Virus record (IMG/VR): IMGVR_UViG_3300017589_000281
Coordinates: 1 to 35,515 of that record
Direction: 5' to 3' (one strand)
Length of the DNA stretch: 35,515 nucleotides
DNA from: a virus
Taxonomy: Duplodnaviria > Caudoviricetes
Shown here: piece by piece, positions 27,012 to 34,018 of the stretch
Layout of the letters: each line of letters begins with the position of its first letter
How positions within the stretch are numbered: position 1 is the stretch's first letter
Translations under genes and position numbers: made by a program
The notes under the pieces: model-generated
Told to the model about the DNA's origin: nothing
The model's input: the letters and a program-made list of their open reading frames with translations, nothing else
The model's database searches: none

Positions 27012-28208
27012 TTAAATTCCTCCATTTTCATTATTTATATTTATGTTTCCAAACGCCTCTTGAGCGGTTGTTTGTGATGTGATTGCCTCTCGCTTATCGG
27101 TATTAAGTGCAAGAGTAGGCTTCCCAGGTGGCTTTATGATGTGTGGCTTAAGTAAAGTATCAAAAACCTTTTTACCGAGCATTTTTTCAATTGTAGTTAG
27201 GGTTATCGGCTTGCGTTCATATAAAATAGCCTCATCAATGCCATTGGTTTTTAGCGTGTTAAATGCGGAGTCGGTATCATCAAACTGTCTATTACTTCTG
27301 CCCTCAACTGCTTTCCACCCTTTAACGTCTTTGCCACTTAGCAAAGCTTTCAGAGCGTATTCTTCCAAATCGCTAACCCAAGCTTTGAGGTTCCTTGCGG
27401 TTATAAGTATGTCGCCGACCTCATCATCAGTAATAAGGGGTGGCTTTTTAAATCCAAACACATTAATCGCCGACATTGTTTCGCTTCTTGCCCTGCAACT
27501 AGCTTTTGCCCTGCAAAACTTACAGTGGTCACCCTCTTTGAATTCGCCCTCACCATTAAAGGCTTGCTGTGCAATAGGCTTAATGCTTTCTGCCCACGTT
27601 GCAAGGTCAACTTTGGATATGCCCCATTCGGATATATTGTCAAGTCGAGGCTGAACAATAACTAGCTGAACATTGTTAATTTCGTAAAGCAGGGCATATT
27701 TGTGTATTGCCCCTATTGCATAGAGTTTCATTTGCGCATTGTCCTCTGCTGAAACCGGTATACCTTTACCGTACTTAAAATCTATAACGTGCAGAGTATC
27801 GCCACCGATTATGATGCAGTCACCTGTTCCGAAACCAGAGGGGACATAATGTGAAAAGTTAAGCCTTGCCTCAACAGCGATATGTGGCTTTTGCGGGTAA
27901 CTATGCGCTATACCTTGAATATAATCAAGATAAACATCAGTATACCCCAGCATTTCGTCTTGATAGAGTTCATTTTTCTTAAACTTACTAATTGCGGCAT
28001 TAAAAGTTCTTGTGCCCATAGGCTCTATAAAATGCTTGCGCAGCTTAAGCTCCGCAATCTCATGCGCCAGTGTGCCCTCTTTTGCAAAGTCACTAGACGT
28101 GTCCTCGAACTTATCCTCTAGCCTTGCAGACGGAGGGCAGTTTATCCAACGCGTAGCGCTTGACGCCGATAGAAGTGCGTGCGCCCTGTTTTCGTGTGGG
28201 GTTGTCAT
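27012..28208 (-). CDS. DUF2800 family Cas4/RecB-like exonuclease
   Basis: HALLSAS, EGTLAHE, GTGD, IDFKYG, QMKLYA, C-x2-C-x5-C. Confidence 0.92.
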   Translation of the reverse strand: MTTPHENRAHALLSASSATRWINCPPSARLEDKFEDTSSDFAKEGTLAHEIAELKLRKHFIEPMGTRTFNAAISKFKKNELYQDEMLGYTDVYLDYIQGIAHSYPQKPHIAVEARLNFSHYVPSGFGTGDCIIIGGDTLHVIDFKYGKGIPVSAEDNAQMKLYAIGAIHKYALLYEINNVQLVIVQPRLDNISEWGISKVDLATWAESIKPIAQQAFNGEGEFKEGDHCKFCRAKASCRARSETMSAINVFGFKKPPLITDDEVGDILITARNLKAWVSDLEEYALKALLSGKDVKGWKAVEGRSNRQFDDTDSAFNTLKTNGIDEAILYERKPITLTTIEKMLGKKVFDTLLKPHIIKPPGKPTLALNTDKREAITSQTTAQEAFGNININNENGGI

Positions 28209-28624
28209 ATCTTTGCCCCCATCCCTCTTAGCGCTGTTGCGAACTCACCTAGTCGTTCTAGGGGTATATTAGTTAAAGCTTGCACGCCAAAGCTATTGAT
28301 AAGCTGAACTAACTCGCCTTGTCGCCCTGCATCAACTAAAGGCGCACAAGCCTGTTGAAGTTGCGGGATACTATATGTATTGGTGCTGGTAGGAACCGCA
28401 GTAGGAATAACAGTAGGTGCTGTCAGGATAGGCGCGGGTGCCGTTTGGATTGGAGCTGGAGCTGATTGCGTAGGGGGTTGAATTACCGCCGTTACTATTG
28501 GTGCAGTTGCAGTCGGTAAAGAGGCAGGCACACTAGTCATTGCTTGTCCTTGTTTGGATTGAGCTAGTAGAGTGATTGCTGACGCAATGGCGTCAAGTCC
28601 TCTGATTGTGATTGTGAATTCCAT
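28205..28624 (-). CDS. Hypothetical protein typical upstream of DUF2800 genes (Pro/Ala/Thr linker, C-terminal helical domain)
   Basis: GGAGG RBS; C-terminal LINSFGVQAL..LRGMGAKI. Confidence 0.8.
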   Translation of the reverse strand: MEFTITIRGLDAIASAITLLAQSKQGQAMTSVPASLPTATAPIVTAVIQPPTQSAPAPIQTAPAPILTAPTVIPTAVPTSTNTYSIPQLQQACAPLVDAGRQGELVQLINSFGVQALTNIPLERLGEFATALRGMGAKI

Positions 28625-28734
28625 TGTTTTCGACCTCCGTTTTCTTTGTTGTGTATTTTATGATGTATGCAGTCATAGTTTGGGCAACGGCAGTCGCACA
28701 TTCCCTCATCATGACAGCTGTATGCGCTAAGCAT
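28564..28734 (-). CDS. Possible small Cys/His-rich protein, 56 aa
   Basis: GAGGGG RBS, MLSAYSCHDEGMCDCRCPNYDCIHHK...; overlaps next gene by 61 nt. Confidence 0.3.
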   Translation of the reverse strand: MLSAYSCHDEGMCDCRCPNYDCIHHKIHNKENGGRKQWNSQSQSEDLTPLRQQSLY

Positions 28735-28759
28735 AAAATCCCCTCTCTTCTATTTCTAT

Positions 28760-28788
28760 TTGACATTCCTCCGTTTTTGTTATATCAT
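28760..28788 (+). promoter_or_regulatory. Antisense sigmaA promoter within early operon
   Basis: TTGACA-17 nt-TATCAT. Confidence 0.75.
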
Positions 28789-28794
28789 TAAGTT

Positions 28795-28880
28795 ATACTA
28801 TTAAGTTATATATTTTTTACAAGCATTTTTGCTTGATTACTCTCGTTAGTGTTGGTAGCACTTTCGGGAGTTTTTTCTTT
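28795..28880 (+). ncRNA. Putative antisense small RNA (~85 nt)
   Basis: Bounded by the promoter above and a terminator ACTCTCG..AGTGTT-ggt-AGCACT..CGGGAGT-TTTTTCTTT. Confidence 0.6.
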
Positions 28881-28994
28881 GCCCAAAATTTTGTTAAGTT
28901 CATCTAGCACGACATCAATTTCAACAGAGTCATGAAACTTTTTTGCCACTTTCAGAACTTTAATTAACTCAGCAATTTCGTCTTTAATGCTCAC
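28806..28994 (-). CDS. Hypothetical protein, 62 aa
   Basis: GTGA overlap with upstream gene; 3' end covered by antisense RNA candidate. Confidence 0.65.
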   Translation of the reverse strand: MSIKDEIAELIKVLKVAKKFHDSVEIDVVLDELNKILGKEKTPESATNTNESNQAKMLVKNI

Positions 28995-29605
28995 TCGCTC
29001 ACCCCTAACGTCAAATTGTATTCAACCTCTTTGTATCTGAAATTACAACAAGCTATACCTTTTTCGTTGTTCGCGGCACAATTTGCAACATTTGTTCCGA
29101 AATTATCAACCACCCAAGCAAGCATATTTGTAAGTGTTGCCGGCATATCAATCGGAGGAATTTGGAAAGGCTCGGAAGACTTCGGAATTAATGGCGCAGG
29201 TTCGGCTTGCATTGGTTTTTCTGATTGATTATATGTAATTGGATCGTTTTGTTTCTGCTTTTGGCGCAGACGTTGCAATCTGTTTTTGAACGAATTCAAA
29301 CTGATACCTGCTTGTTCCGCTGCCTCTTCATAACATAGCCCCATGTCAGCTAGTTTTAGGATACGTTCGTCAAGCTCTGGTGTGAATTGCGTTTGAGGCT
29401 TAGGCTCTTGTTTAATTACTGACTTGATTACAGGCTTAGCTTGCTCAACTGGCTCAACCTTTTTCGGCAGCAGCTGTGCCTCCTCGAGTATCGCTTTGAT
29501 TTTAGTCTGCGTAGTATCGCTTAACTGTGCAATTACGGCTATTTGCTTTTTAGCACACCCTGAGTTTTTGAACGATTTGATTATTTCATCTTTTGTCATT
29601 TCCAT
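28991..29605 (-). CDS. Hypothetical protein with HTH-like segments
   Basis: FTPELDERILKL..GLCYEEAAEQAGISLNSFKNRLQRL resembles an HTH. Confidence 0.7.
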   Translation of the reverse strand: MEMTKDEIIKSFKNSGCAKKQIAVIAQLSDTTQTKIKAILEEAQLLPKKVEPVEQAKPVIKSVIKQEPKPQTQFTPELDERILKLADMGLCYEEAAEQAGISLNSFKNRLQRLRQKQKQNDPITYNQSEKPMQAEPAPLIPKSSEPFQIPPIDMPATLTNMLAWVVDNFGTNVANCAANNEKGIACCNFRYKEVEYNLTLGVSE

Positions 29606-30123
29606 TATTGCTTGTCCTCACTTTCTTTCAATAAAATTTCAAGCACTTTGTGATATTCACTCCCTAGGATTTCAGTGCAATCATTTGGTATAGCGATTTC
29701 TGTGACACCGTTATTTTCATACTTACAATACAGTACGCCCTCGTGTTCAATAATTTTGCTAAGAGAACGACCGTAACTGTGCACATACCAAACAAGGTGC
29801 GGTTCTTGTAAACTTTTGATTTCTTTTTCTTGCAACGCTTTGTTCCAATCCTTGTATGTTTTTGAGTTAGCTTTAAATTCATACGCAGGTTTACCGTCAA
29901 CATAATCGCAAGGGTGTTTTTTAAACTGGTTTTTAAACTTTTCTAAATCATTTTTAGTAGGTACAATGATAAGGTCTTTATTCCAATTAGTTATGTTGCT
30001 TTCAATGCCTTGCTCCTGTGCAAATAGCTTATATGCTTTGATAACCTTTTCCCTATCTTCTTGATAATCAAACCAATCCTTATGTAGACTGCTTCCTTGT
30101 TTTGCTGTAAAAAATACTTCCAT
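29605..30123 (-). CDS. Hypothetical phage protein
   Basis: AGGAGG RBS, TAATG coupling. Confidence 0.75.
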   Translation of the reverse strand: MEVFFTAKQGSSLHKDWFDYQEDREKVIKAYKLFAQEQGIESNITNWNKDLIIVPTKNDLEKFKNQFKKHPCDYVDGKPAYEFKANSKTYKDWNKALQEKEIKSLQEPHLVWYVHSYGRSLSKIIEHEGVLYCKYENNGVTEIAIPNDCTEILGSEYHKVLEILLKESEDKQ

Positions 30124-30806
30124 TACTGTTTATCCTCCTTGTTTAGTTTACCTGCCCATTGTTCTGCCATTGCTTTTGCTATTCCGCGGAAAGTTTTTGC
30201 TCTGTTTTTAGCATCTTCTCCGCGTTTAGCAGCACCGTACTTGTTTCTGTTTTTTCTCCCCGTTCCAGAAGGTACGTATGGCTCGATCGGCTCAACTAGT
30301 TCTGTTGACATTAATGGATGAAGTCCTCTTAACCATAATCGAGTTTTTTTAGTATATGGATGCCCGAACTGCCACGGTTGTATTTCTTGTGTGTGGGTTG
30401 GCATTTGAAAGATTTTACTTGATACTGGATTTTCAATTGCTATACGGGCACAATCAGCGTTTAATAACGATAAGAAGAACTTTCTACCTTCTAATCCTTT
30501 TAGGTAACGTTCTTGGTTCAAAACACCTTTTTGTGGGTATAATCGGCAAGCACCCGCATTGCTTAGATATGTACATGGCGGAAAAGCAATAATCATATCC
30601 CATCTATCTGCTATGTAATGAGTTGTTCCATCAACCGTTTTAAACTGGCATTTGCCATCAAGTAAAGGCAATACATCTTGCATTATATGCCATTCAGGAT
30701 AACCTCCACTACATGGCTCAATATCGCAACTATAAGCTTCATGCCCCATTTTTCGCAACTCAATTGTGACCACTTGGCTTTCTTCACAGGCTACAAGTAT
30801 TTTCAT
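30123..30806 (-). CDS. Short DNA cytosine-C5 methyltransferase-like protein
   Basis: AFPPC (motif IV), IENP (VI), QPWQFG..KKTRLW (VIII-like); atypical motif I LVACEES. Confidence 0.8.
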   Translation of the reverse strand: MKILVACEESQVVTIELRKMGHEAYSCDIEPCSGGYPEWHIMQDVLPLLDGKCQFKTVDGTTHYIADRWDMIIAFPPCTYLSNAGACRLYPQKGVLNQERYLKGLEGRKFFLSLLNADCARIAIENPVSSKIFQMPTHTQEIQPWQFGHPYTKKTRLWLRGLHPLMSTELVEPIEPYVPSGTGRKNRNKYGAAKRGEDAKNRAKTFRGIAKAMAEQWAGKLNKEDKQ

Positions 30807-30808
30807 TA

Positions 30809-31141
30809 CTATTTGTCCTCCTGTCTATTAAAAGCTAAAATTTCTCTCGTTTGACTATCAGACATCCAATATTCTTTAACTCTATTCAATGTCTGTGTTT
30901 CAAAATTCCCTAGATAACGAAACTTTTTAAAACTTGTGACAAATAAATATCCGATTATCTCATTGATGATAGCTCCGACACTGTTGCACGAACAGCCAAT
31001 ACCAATCTCATTTATGACTAATGTTTCTGTTTGCCCAAAGTCTTTTACTATGTAGTCATAATTTGTTATTTGAAAAGCCTCCATAATGGGCTTGATTTCT
31101 GTTAACACTTCGTTTCTTTTGGTAATCAATTCATCTCTCAC
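30809..31141 (-). CDS. Hypothetical phage protein
   Basis: AGGAGG RBS, GTGA coupling. Confidence 0.72.
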   Translation of the reverse strand: MRDELITKRNEVLTEIKPIMEAFQITNYDYIVKDFGQTETLVINEIGIGCSCNSVGAIINEIIGYLFVTSFKKFRYLGNFETQTLNRVKEYWMSDSQTREILAFNRQEDK

Positions 31142-31428
31142 TGTTTATCCTCCTTCACTAAATATCCTACTCCAAACCACACCGTCATTCCGACTAGTCC
31201 AACTATCAGCCATTCGCCACCGATTGCATAATAGCCACGTTCAGCATATGCCAGTGGAACGATTTCCTTTGCCGATACTGCCATTGCGCCGACCGCCAAT
31301 GCAAGCTTGGTTATAAATAGTAGCACCAAATAGAGTATTGTCTTGTGGACGGGCTTTGGTTGTGGTTCGATTGATTTGATAGGCTTGTCCTTACTATGCA
31401 GGGTTACTGTTATCATTTGTGTTTGCAT
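31138..31428 (-). CDS. Hypothetical membrane protein
   Basis: Two hydrophobic helices flanking AYAERGYYAIGGEW. Confidence 0.75.
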   Translation of the reverse strand: MQTQMITVTLHSKDKPIKSIEPQPKPVHKTILYLVLLFITKLALAVGAMAVSAKEIVPLAYAERGYYAIGGEWLIVGLVGMTVWFGVGYLVKEDKQ

Positions 31429-31465
31429 TTTTTCACGTCCTTTGTTTTAATATCTCAAATATTGC

Positions 31466-31651
31466 CTAACTTCTCTCTGCTTGTGCTGCAAGTTCGGCTT
31501 GCTGTTCTAAGTGCCTCCTAATAACATTAACTATGCCTATGGTTTTGTCGTTAATAGTCACAACATGACCCTCTATACTATCTACCTCTCGCCCATCAGC
31601 CAATATGTGTCTGATCCTACATTCTTGTTTAGTTAGGGAATTCCACGCCAT
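31466..31651 (-). CDS. Small conserved phage protein, 61 aa; candidate recombination directionality factor
   Basis: GAGGTG RBS before ATG 31651; IRHILADGREVDSIEGHVV motif; RDF role is inference only. Confidence 0.7.
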   Translation of the reverse strand: MAWNSLTKQECRIRHILADGREVDSIEGHVVTINDKTIGIVNVIRRHLEQQAELAAQAERS

Positions 31652-31692
31652 ATAAATCACCTCGCTTTATAATATGATAGGGACAATTTGTC

Positions 31693-31884
31693 CTATGCCT
31701 CGACTATTTCAACTTGTGGGGTTGAGTGAAGAATTAATCTACTTGCTAATTGGCTCAGGGGCAAGCCTGATGCTCGTTGGAGTTCCACCAAAGCGTTCAT
31801 TGCAGCTTGGTCTATGCGAATAACATTTTGTTCGCCTGTTCTAGTCTCCGGCTTGTATACTTTTAGAATTAGTTTGTCTTTCAT
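31693..31884 (-). CDS. Small ribbon-helix-helix-like DNA-binding protein
   Basis: VIRID beta strand followed by two helices (..SGLPLSQLASRLI). Confidence 0.65.
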   Translation of the reverse strand: MKDKLILKVYKPETRTGEQNVIRIDQAAMNALVELQRASGLPLSQLASRLILHSTPQVEIVEA

Positions 31885-31956
31885 AACGTTATTTCCTTTC
31901 TTTCTTGTTTTTTCCTTGCGACTATGGTATTATTTAGTCGAAAGGTGGTGAAAATT

Positions 31957-32121
31957 ATGTCTAAACCAATTAAACCCGGAACGGATAACCAGCCTAGCGG
32001 TACTTATATTGAAGTGGGTCCCCGAGGCGGACAGGTGAATGATCCTAGAGTTGTTAACATTGATCCAGGGGACCGACTACCACCAACGCAAGAGCCTGGT
32101 AGAGGATGGGAGAAAAAATAG
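31957..32121 (+). CDS. YjzC-like small protein, 54 aa
   Basis: KPG..GTYIEVGPRGG..RLPPTQ..W; AAAGGTGG RBS; extended -10 TGgTATTAT upstream. Confidence 0.85.
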   Translation: MSKPIKPGTDNQPSGTYIEVGPRGGQVNDPRVVNIDPGDRLPPTQEPGRGWEKK

Positions 32122-32127
32122 TTTCCT

Positions 32128-32157
32128 TAAGAGCCTTTTTAACACAAAGGCTCTTAA
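32128..32157. terminator. Hairpin between convergent small genes
   Basis: TAAGAGCCTTT..AAAGGCTCTTA inverted repeat. Confidence 0.65.
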
Positions 32158-32270
32158 ATTTTTATCTTCTTTCTACTAAAACAAAAGGCTTTACCGAAAA
32201 TATTTATTTGAATCCAAGCCTCTGCGTACCCAACCCCGTCTTCATTGTATTTTGTAATATAGTGATGCAT
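32154..32270 (-). CDS. Small phage protein, 38 aa (missing from ORF track)
   Basis: GGGAGG RBS; MHHYITKYNEDGVGYAEAWIQINIFGKAFCFSRKKIKI. Confidence 0.65.
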   Translation of the reverse strand: MHHYITKYNEDGVGYAEAWIQINIFGKAFCFSRKKIKI

Positions 32271-32293
32271 GATTGCTTATCCTCCCTTTCTTG

Positions 32294-32446
32294 TTATACC
32301 ACCCTAAACGAAACAGTCATGCTCGGATACTGGGAAGTCAACAGCTCTCTAGCTTTTTTAACATCAACATTTGCGCCTAATGCCCACTTCACAACATCAC
32401 AGTGCTTTTTGCCGTCTAGGTAACACCAAACAGTTTTCTTTTTCAT
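32294..32446 (-). CDS. Small phage protein, 50 aa (missing from ORF track)
   Basis: AAGGAGG RBS; MKKKTVWCYLDGKKHCDVVKWALGANVDVKKARELLTSQYPSMTVSFRVV. Confidence 0.75.
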   Translation of the reverse strand: MKKKTVWCYLDGKKHCDVVKWALGANVDVKKARELLTSQYPSMTVSFRVV

Positions 32447-32506
32447 GGTTTTAGTCCTCCTTGTCTAATATGTGTTTTTTGTTTTCTTACACTTTGTTTA
32501 GTTTTT

Positions 32507-32725
32507 CTAAACTTTAGGGGTAAAAAAATATTTACCTATTTCGCTCGGCTCAATTTTTAACAATTCAACTATGGTCTGGATTTCGGTTTGTTTGAACACG
32601 CCTTTGCCGTTAATCTTTAAACTGAGCGTGGTCTCTGTCATTTTAGTTGTATTCGCAAGGCTTCGCTGAGTAAATCCTCTTAAAGCCATCAGTGACTTTA
32701 AAAGTGAGTAATCTCTTTGCGACAT
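32507..32725 (-). CDS. Cro-like HTH regulator (DUF739-like)
   Basis: TQRSLA..TLSLKING..FKQTEI..YFF; divergent from repressor. Confidence 0.9.
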   Translation of the reverse strand: MSQRDYSLLKSLMALRGFTQRSLANTTKMTETTLSLKINGKGVFKQTEIQTIVELLKIEPSEIGKYFFTPKV

Positions 32726-32744
32726 TTTATCACCTCTTTTCTTT

Positions 32745-32866
32745 GTTTTGTTTTTCTGAACTAATCACAGTTTAACACCGAGTTTATTATTTGTCAATAG
32801 TGTTTTTATACTTTTCTAAACTTTTTTCAAAAAAGTATTGATTTTTCTAAACTTATATGTTATGAT
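32745..32866. promoter_or_regulatory. Lysis/lysogeny switch: divergent promoters and operators
   Basis: Minus: TTGACA(32797-32792)-17-TAAACT; plus: TTGATT(32838)-17-TATGAT with TG; repeated TTTTCTRAAC half-sites ending 32761, 32821, 32852. Confidence 0.8.
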
Positions 32867-32895
32867 ATTTTCATATTAGATGAAACGAGGAACTT

Positions 32896-33273
32896 TTGAT
32901 GACCAAAGAGAGTTGTGCAAGCAGAATAAAAAAAGCCTTGAGTATTAGAAACATTACACAAAGTCAATTATGTGAAAAAACAAATATACCTAAAAGTGCA
33001 ATTAGCCAGTATATAAGCGGCGCGTTTGAACCAAAACAGGACAGGGTATATTTAATTGCGAAAGCTTTAGATGTATCAGAAGCGTGGCTGATGGGGTACG
33101 ATGTTTCTATTAATCGTGAAAACGTAGGCGAACAACCAAATAGCCTGGATGAACAACCTCAAGACCTCGCGTTCTTCCGCCTAAAAAAGGGATTAGAAGC
33201 GTATGACATAGAACAAGAAGATATTGACTTTTTACTAACAGTTATGAAAGCTCACAAGGAGCGTAACAAATGA
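32896..33273 (+). CDS. CI/ImmR-like repressor (XRE HTH, no S24 autopeptidase)
   Basis: ITQSQLC..KSAISQYISG..P..IAKALDVSEAWLMG. Confidence 0.93.
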   Translation: MMTKESCASRIKKALSIRNITQSQLCEKTNIPKSAISQYISGAFEPKQDRVYLIAKALDVSEAWLMGYDVSINRENVGEQPNSLDEQPQDLAFFRLKKGLEAYDIEQEDIDFLLTVMKAHKERNK

Positions 33274-33905
33274 TAAATAACGTCAAAAAAGACTTGTATA
33301 GCACCGTGAACACTATTAGGTCAAACTATATTGAAAATATGCAATCAGGTTTTATAGATAGTGTGCGATTGTGCAAAAGCGACAGTAATATAAATTTATG
33401 TTTTCACAATTTCCGCACCCGTGGAATATGCGGAACGGCTTTAATCGGGGAAAAAGTTAATACAATAGTTTTGAACAACAAGCGTACCAAAGTGGAGCAA
33501 AACTTTGACTGTGGACACGAAATAATGCATTGTAATTTACACAAAGACTATGAAATCAAACTTTTCAACTGTTTTGAAACAGTCTTGCCCAAACAAAACA
33601 GATTTATTGAATGGCAAGCTAACGAGGGTGCAGCTCAATTATTAATGCCGTATACAGATTTCATAGAGTTTGTTTTAAGTGAAAAGGATAAGTTTAAGCA
33701 CAACTTTAAACAGCTACAACAAATTATGGCTCATTACTACTTTGTGCCCGAGGTTTCGGTTTTCTTTCGCTTTGAGGGTTTAAAATACGAAATTCAGCAG
33801 GCTTTGGACGGTGTAGCTATTGACAAAATCGAATTGTTATCCGCTAACGCTCAAACCAGCAGAGGCATAAATATTAAATCGTTAAACGAGATGTTCAGCA
33901 AGTGA
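33270..33905 (+). CDS. ImmA/IrrE-family metallopeptidase (antirepressor)
   Basis: HEIMH (HExxH) and EWQANEGAAQLLMP; ATGA-coupled to the repressor. Confidence 0.93.
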   Translation: MINNVKKDLYSTVNTIRSNYIENMQSGFIDSVRLCKSDSNINLCFHNFRTRGICGTALIGEKVNTIVLNNKRTKVEQNFDCGHEIMHCNLHKDYEIKLFNCFETVLPKQNRFIEWQANEGAAQLLMPYTDFIEFVLSEKDKFKHNFKQLQQIMAHYYFVPEVSVFFRFEGLKYEIQQALDGVAIDKIELLSANAQTSRGINIKSLNEMFSK

Positions 33906-33970
33906 ACCTATAAAGATGTGACATTGAATGTCAAAAAGTTAGAACAAGCTGAAAAAATAACATAAAAATA

Positions 33971-33994
33971 ACCCCACTAAATTAATAGTGGGGT
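33971..33994. terminator. Hairpin upstream of integrase
   Basis: ACCCCACTA-aattaa-TAGTGGGGT; U-tract only on minus strand. Confidence 0.55.
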
Positions 33995-34018
33995 GTAATA
34001 ATATAAGAGGGTGAGTTA

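Noticed and set aside
28576-28766. Alternative small minus-strand ORF starting at ATG 28766
   Set aside because: GGAGG is only 1 nt from the ATG; the sequence is better explained as the antisense promoter
32106-32423. Plus-strand 105-aa ORF
   Set aside because: Crosses a terminator hairpin and is antisense to two small ORFs with strong RBSs
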